37,582 nucleotides of DNA, taken from the IMG/VR virus record IMGVR_UViG_3300046721_000217, positions 1 through 37,582 of that record; one strand, written 5' to 3'. This document shows, in pieces, positions 34,081 to 37,582 of the stretch (its first letter is position 1; the number at the start of each line of letters is the position of its first letter). Below the pieces are notes generated by a model that worked only from the letters and a program-made list of their open reading frames with translations, was not told the DNA's origin and ran no database searches. Both the position numbers and the translations under genes were made by a program. The DNA is from a virus. Taxonomy: Duplodnaviria > Caudoviricetes.

Positions 34081-34972
34081 AGTCCTTGTCCCTCTGCATG
34101 AACAGTGCCCGCTTGACGGGATTGTCTTCCAGGCACAGATCGCGGTACGGGCAGGTTCCGTATCTAAAGCACTCCTTGGTGTTCTTGTACCACACGTTCT
34201 TCGGGTTCTCTCCTGCCTTGACACGTGCGCGGCGCCAAGCGATCTCCCGCACCATCTCGACGAACTCGCCCTCGAAGTCCAGCAACTCGTCGTCGGAGCG
34301 CGCAAACGGCTCCTGGTGGAACTTGATCGTTTGGGCCTTCGTGATGACGTCCACGATGACCCCTGCGACTCGCTCGCCCAGGATCTTCGACGCTCCGTAC
34401 ACGTACGCGGTGAACTGCAGGTCCATCTCGTACTTCATGACGTCCCGCATGTCCAGTTTCGCGGCTGTCTTGTGATCCACGATCCAGATGCGGTTCGCCC
34501 AGTTCACCAGGCGATCCGTTCGGAATACGAGGAAACAGCCGGTGCCTTCACCGACCTCCACGCGGCCGCTGCATTCGATTCCGAGGGGCTGGTACAGGAC
34601 CTTCCCACCGTACTCGATGTCGTACGCTCGGATGAGCCGCTCGACAAGGATGACGTGTTCCTTCAGCTCCGTTTCGTCGTACATGAGCTTCTGCTTGGGA
34701 AGGGACTCACGCAGTGATTCAGTCGCGGCACGCACCGCCTTCTCTACACCGTGACCCCCGCCCATGACAGCCATTCCTTCGTGAAAGGCTTTCCCGTCCT
34801 CGAGTGCCCACCGCGGCCTGTCTGGGACCAAACCGATCTCGAACAGCCACCAGTACTTCCGTTTGCAGTCCAGGAAGAACTGCAGGCGGGACTGGTTCAT
34901 ATTCGTGATCGGGCTGAAGAAGTCCTCGAACGGGATCAGCTCCCCGTCCAGCTCGATGGCGAAGCTATGCAT
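33890..34972 (-). CDS. Cas4/AddB-like PD-(D/E)XK exonuclease
   Basis: DCKRKY, G.AFH, RTDRL, VDHKT, QFTAY and C...CPY..LC (four Cys, Fe-S type); start at ATG 34972 after GGAGG. Confidence 0.85.
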   Translation of the reverse strand: MHSFAIELDGELIPFEDFFSPITNMNQSRLQFFLDCKRKYWWLFEIGLVPDRPRWALEDGKAFHEGMAVMGGGHGVEKAVRAATESLRESLPKQKLMYDETELKEHVILVERLIRAYDIEYGGKVLYQPLGIECSGRVEVGEGTGCFLVFRTDRLVNWANRIWIVDHKTAAKLDMRDVMKYEMDLQFTAYVYGASKILGERVAGVIVDVITKAQTIKFHQEPFARSDDELLDFEGEFVEMVREIAWRRARVKAGENPKNVWYKNTKECFRYGTCPYRDLCLEDNPVKRALFMQRDKDYVDDADRGSKAIDPVSVNAAHQRGIEAAGRAGDAAEQGPSHPDSDATERRAVPGDGVPGEDVQ

Positions 34973-35189
34973 TGTCGTCCTCCTCGAAGGACTCGAGTGC
35001 ATCCATGGCCGCGTTGTACCACAACTGGGCCTGCTCGGCGTTGGTCATAGCGACCGCGATCCGCCGCTGGTAGTTCGGGTCGTCCGTGTTCAGCGTCTTG
35101 GCGGACTTGAGCGTCGCCGCCAGGTCCATGAACAGGGCGTCAGCGGCCTCGACGTTCTTCTGCTTGTCGTAGAACTTGGGTTTGGCCAT
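34965..35189 (-). CDS. Hypothetical helical protein
   Basis: MAKPKFY...RRIAVAMTNAEQAQLW; GAGGA RBS. Confidence 0.6.
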   Translation of the reverse strand: MAKPKFYDKQKNVEAADALFMDLAATLKSAKTLNTDDPNYQRRIAVAMTNAEQAQLWYNAAMDALESFEEDDNA

Positions 35190-35190
35190 G

Positions 35191-35379
35191 TCAGTCCTCG
35201 TGCAAGTCGAAGTGGACGCGGATCTTGCTGTGCTCATTCAGCCACTGTTCCATCTGGAGGATCATCGCCGTCTCCGACAGCTGCAGGTCGTTCATCGGGA
35301 CGTTCAGCGTCTCCTGCATCTGTTGATGGATTTCCTGGCTCGGTGGGTAGATGAAGGTCATTCTCAGTACTAGCGGCAT
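35191..35379 (-). CDS. Hypothetical protein overlapping the upstream gene tail
   Basis: AAAGGAG RBS before ATG 35379; MPLVLRMTFIYPP...RVHFDLHED. Confidence 0.55.
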   Translation of the reverse strand: MPLVLRMTFIYPPSQEIHQQMQETLNVPMNDLQLSETAMILQMEQWLNEHSKIRVHFDLHED

Positions 35380-36049
35380 TCTCTGCTCCTTTGGCTGGCG
35401 TGTTAAGTCCGAACAAGTATGAGCAGGCCATGGGGACGTTGCCATCCCGCGGCCTGATGTATCCCTCGAAGGGGTGATCGTATCCACCGGTTTCCCCAGA
35501 AGGGATGCTAAGCCGAACACGGAGCATCTCTCCTTGGTACCGAATCGAGAGCCATCCACCACCGACCAGACCGGTCATTCGAATGGTCCGTTCGATGATC
35601 GAAGGGATGACCACGCAGCCGCTCAAGTCGGGCCAGATTTCCCGTTGCGTCGGGATCTGTAGTACTTCAGGGTCAGGCGCGGGCTCTTGCTCCATCTTGG
35701 AGATGGCAACAGCGACTGCGTCGGCGAGTTTCGGGTCCATCTTGACTGCATCGTCCTCGACGAGGAAGTCTTTGACGGACTGCCGGAAGCCGTAGCTGGT
35801 CCACTTGGTACAGAGCATGACGATGTAATCAGCACAAGTGGTTTCGTCCCATCCGAGTGAGACCCACTTGAGCATGTACTTGCGGTAGGGTCCCGCTGCG
35901 TTAGGACCCAGGATCTGGAGACCCAGAAGGGCGTCTCCTTCGTTATTCGTTCGGAGCCAGCACTTGGATCCTTCGTCCCAGGTCCAGATGTCCTCTCTGC
36001 CATGGAAGTGCTCCTCGAGTTCCTCGACTTCCCACCAGGTGAGGATCAT
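35234..36049 (-). CDS. Hypothetical protein
   Basis: ATGA coupling at 36046-36049 (MILTWWEVEE...); acidic disordered tail. Confidence 0.55.
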   Translation of the reverse strand: MILTWWEVEELEEHFHGREDIWTWDEGSKCWLRTNNEGDALLGLQILGPNAAGPYRKYMLKWVSLGWDETTCADYIVMLCTKWTSYGFRQSVKDFLVEDDAVKMDPKLADAVAVAISKMEQEPAPDPEVLQIPTQREIWPDLSGCVVIPSIIERTIRMTGLVGGGWLSIRYQGEMLRVRLSIPSGETGGYDHPFEGYIRPRDGNVPMACSYLFGLNTPAKGAENAASTENDLHLPTEPGNPSTDAGDAERPDERPAAVGDGDDPPDGTVAE

Positions 36050-36243
36050 GCCTTTTCCTTGGTGAGCTCGTCGTAGAACTCGCCACTGAACAGGCGGTAT
36101 TGGCCATCGAACATGTCGAGGTACATTACACCGGTGCCCTCGGTGCCGTTGATGATGACCGTGCCAACCTGCTTGTAGAACTTCTCGCCGTTGTTGTTGG
36201 TCTTCTGCTTCTTGATGACGAACTTCGTAGCCTGTGCGTTCAC
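36046..36243 (-). CDS. Small beta-rich protein, possibly nucleic-acid binding
   Basis: GEKFYKQVGTV...YLDMF; GTGA/ATGA coupling on both sides. Confidence 0.6.
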   Translation of the reverse strand: MNAQATKFVIKKQKTNNNGEKFYKQVGTVIINGTEGTGVMYLDMFDGQYRLFSGEFYDELTKEKA

Positions 36244-36452
36244 TTCTTTGCGCTCCTTCGGCGAATGCTACGTTCCAATTCACGCCGGTACACGAGATTC
36301 CCTTCGAGGTAGTCCAGGACGATGTCCGTGAGAAAGCGGGAAAGCGTCATACCCTGTTCCTCCGCCAACTGGGCGCAGAATCGCATGACCTGTTTCCGAT
36401 CCTTGCGGACATACGTGCTGTGTGCGTAAGCGTTTTTTCCAACTCGGTACAC
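36240..36452 (-). CDS. Ribbon-helix-helix-like regulator
   Basis: HSTYV strand followed by helices (AQLAEEQGMTLSRFLTDIVLDYL); AAAGGAG RBS. Confidence 0.65.
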   Translation of the reverse strand: MYRVGKNAYAHSTYVRKDRKQVMRFCAQLAEEQGMTLSRFLTDIVLDYLEGNLVYRRELERSIRRRSAKK

Positions 36453-36481
36453 GAGAGACTCCTTTGCTTAGAAACGGTCGA

Positions 36482-36667
36482 TCAAACGATGTCGATGACG
36501 TCCTGGCCTCTGATGATGGCCTGTGTGTAGTAGATTGCCTCGTCGATCTCCAGGTCGATCCCATGGTTACTCAGGAACGTGAGGAAGTCGAACACGAGAC
36601 GGATTTCCCACTCCTCAACAGTGAAGTGGGGCGGTTTCGGCGGAACACGGAACTCCAGGATGGTCAC
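36482..36667 (-). CDS. Hypothetical protein
   Basis: GTG overlaps the queC stop (TAGTG). Confidence 0.55.
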   Translation of the reverse strand: MTILEFRVPPKPPHFTVEEWEIRLVFDFLTFLSNHGIDLEIDEAIYYTQAIIRGQDVIDIV

Positions 36668-37335
36668 TAGGTGTTCTCGTATACCGTCGGATCAGTGACG
36701 CCAGCGTCGAAGAACGCCTCGCGGCGCTCGGTACACGTTCCACAGACACCGCAGTGCACGCCCTTGGCTCCCTTGTAGCAGGAGTATGTCATGTCCCACG
36801 GCACGTGCAGCGAGTGACCCTTGGTGACGATGTCCGCCTTGCTCTGGTTGAGGAACGGCACGACCAGCTTGACCTGCTTCCAGTCGCACAGCTCGAGGGC
36901 CTTCTGCATCGCCTTGACGAACTGTGGTCGGCAGTCAGGGTAGATTGCGTGGTCACCAGCGTGAGCACCGTAGAAGATCTGTTCGGTCCCGTTCGAGATC
37001 GCAAACGCTGCCGCAATGCTGAGCATCATCATGTTCCGATTTGGAACGACGGTGCCCTTCATCGACTCGTCGGCGTAGTGACCTTCGGGCACTTTGACGT
37101 CCGGGTTGACCAGGGATGAGTCCGAGCCGCTGAAGATCCGCGATCCGCTCAGGTCGATGATCGTATGTGGGACGTTGAAGTGCTGTGCGATTACCGACGC
37201 CGAGATCAGCTCGGTGCGGTGGCGCTGTCCGTAATTGAACGACAGGGCGTGCACGTCGTTATCGAGGTACTGGGCCAAAGCCAGGACGGTGGTGGAGTCC
37301 ATTCCGCCTGACAAGAGGACGACTGCTTTACTCAC
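36667..37335 (-). CDS. queC: 7-cyano-7-deazaguanine (preQ0) synthase
   Basis: SGGMDS, YGQRH, VPNRN, YPDCR, TYSCY and CGVCGTC.ERREAF. Confidence 0.96.
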   Translation of the reverse strand: MSKAVVLLSGGMDSTTVLALAQYLDNDVHALSFNYGQRHRTELISASVIAQHFNVPHTIIDLSGSRIFSGSDSSLVNPDVKVPEGHYADESMKGTVVPNRNMMMLSIAAAFAISNGTEQIFYGAHAGDHAIYPDCRPQFVKAMQKALELCDWKQVKLVVPFLNQSKADIVTKGHSLHVPWDMTYSCYKGAKGVHCGVCGTCTERREAFFDAGVTDPTVYENT

Positions 37336-37559
37336 GGTTGAGCCCTCCGTAGGAGTTCGTTGTAGATGTCGATCGCGCGGCCGACTTCACAGGGCACTCC
37401 GTAATCGTCTTGGAGCTGCGCTGCAAGGTCAGCGTTTTCGGTCATAAGGCGTTTTGGATAGGCGAATTCTGCCCGCCAGCCTTTGACTTCGTTCCTGTAT
37501 CCCGTGTCGTTGTTGATCTCGGCCACGCGTTGTCCACACTCGATCAGCGTGCCCCACAT
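37332..37559 (-). CDS. Hypothetical protein (start may lie outside the window)
   Basis: GTGA coupling with queC; contains a YPKRL segment. Confidence 0.5.
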   Translation of the reverse strand: MWGTLIECGQRVAEINNDTGYRNEVKGWRAEFAYPKRLMTENADLAAQLQDDYGVPCEVGRAIDIYNELLRRAQP

Positions 37560-37582
37560 GTAGACTTGGCCGAAGACGTAGT

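Larger units (their letters stand above)
1..37582. mobile_element. Segment of a tailed dsDNA phage genome, podovirus-like
   Basis: Capsid, nozzle and ejection genes on +, replication and modification genes on -. Genes are tightly packed (TAATG/ATGA junctions). No tape measure, sheath, integrase or host housekeeping context seen. Confidence 0.95.

Noticed and set aside
33890-34972. CRISPR-Cas system suggested by the Cas4-like gene
   Set aside because: No repeat-spacer array or other cas genes; the context is an exonuclease-Sak4-SSB recombination module.
29453-37335. Host tRNA queuosine operon or auxiliary metabolic genes
   Set aside because: No queF, queA or full-length Zn-binding tgt. The genes are interleaved with phage replication genes, which favours DNA modification.

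Overview
The window is a GC-rich tailed-phage genome segment with podovirus-like organisation and two convergent gene blocks that meet at overlapping stop codons (24012-24015). The + strand (1-24015) holds virion genes: portal C-terminus, scaffold, capsid, accessory fibre-like proteins, adaptor, collar-domain fibre, nozzle, a GNAT and three putative ejection proteins, the last a 2511-aa protein with an N-terminal GH24-like lysozyme. The - strand (24012-37559) holds replication, recombination and DNA-modification genes: a DUF3987-like ATPase, a minimal TGT/DpdA-fold protein, a family-4 UDG-PolA fusion, a cold-shock protein, folE, queE, queD, a dATP/dGTP diphosphohydrolase, SSB, a Sak4-like ATPase, a GroES-like protein, a Cas4-like exonuclease and queC. 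The best candidate new system is preQ0 synthesis plus a truncated TGT, a putative dGTP-removing enzyme and a polymerase with an unusual O-helix. Together these suggest 7-deazaguanine is incorporated at the nucleotide level rather than by base exchange on DNA (inference). Also notable are a shared 19-nt motif in two structured intergenic regions after the capsid gene and several apparently overprinted genes. All family calls come from reading motifs by eye; no database searches were run.
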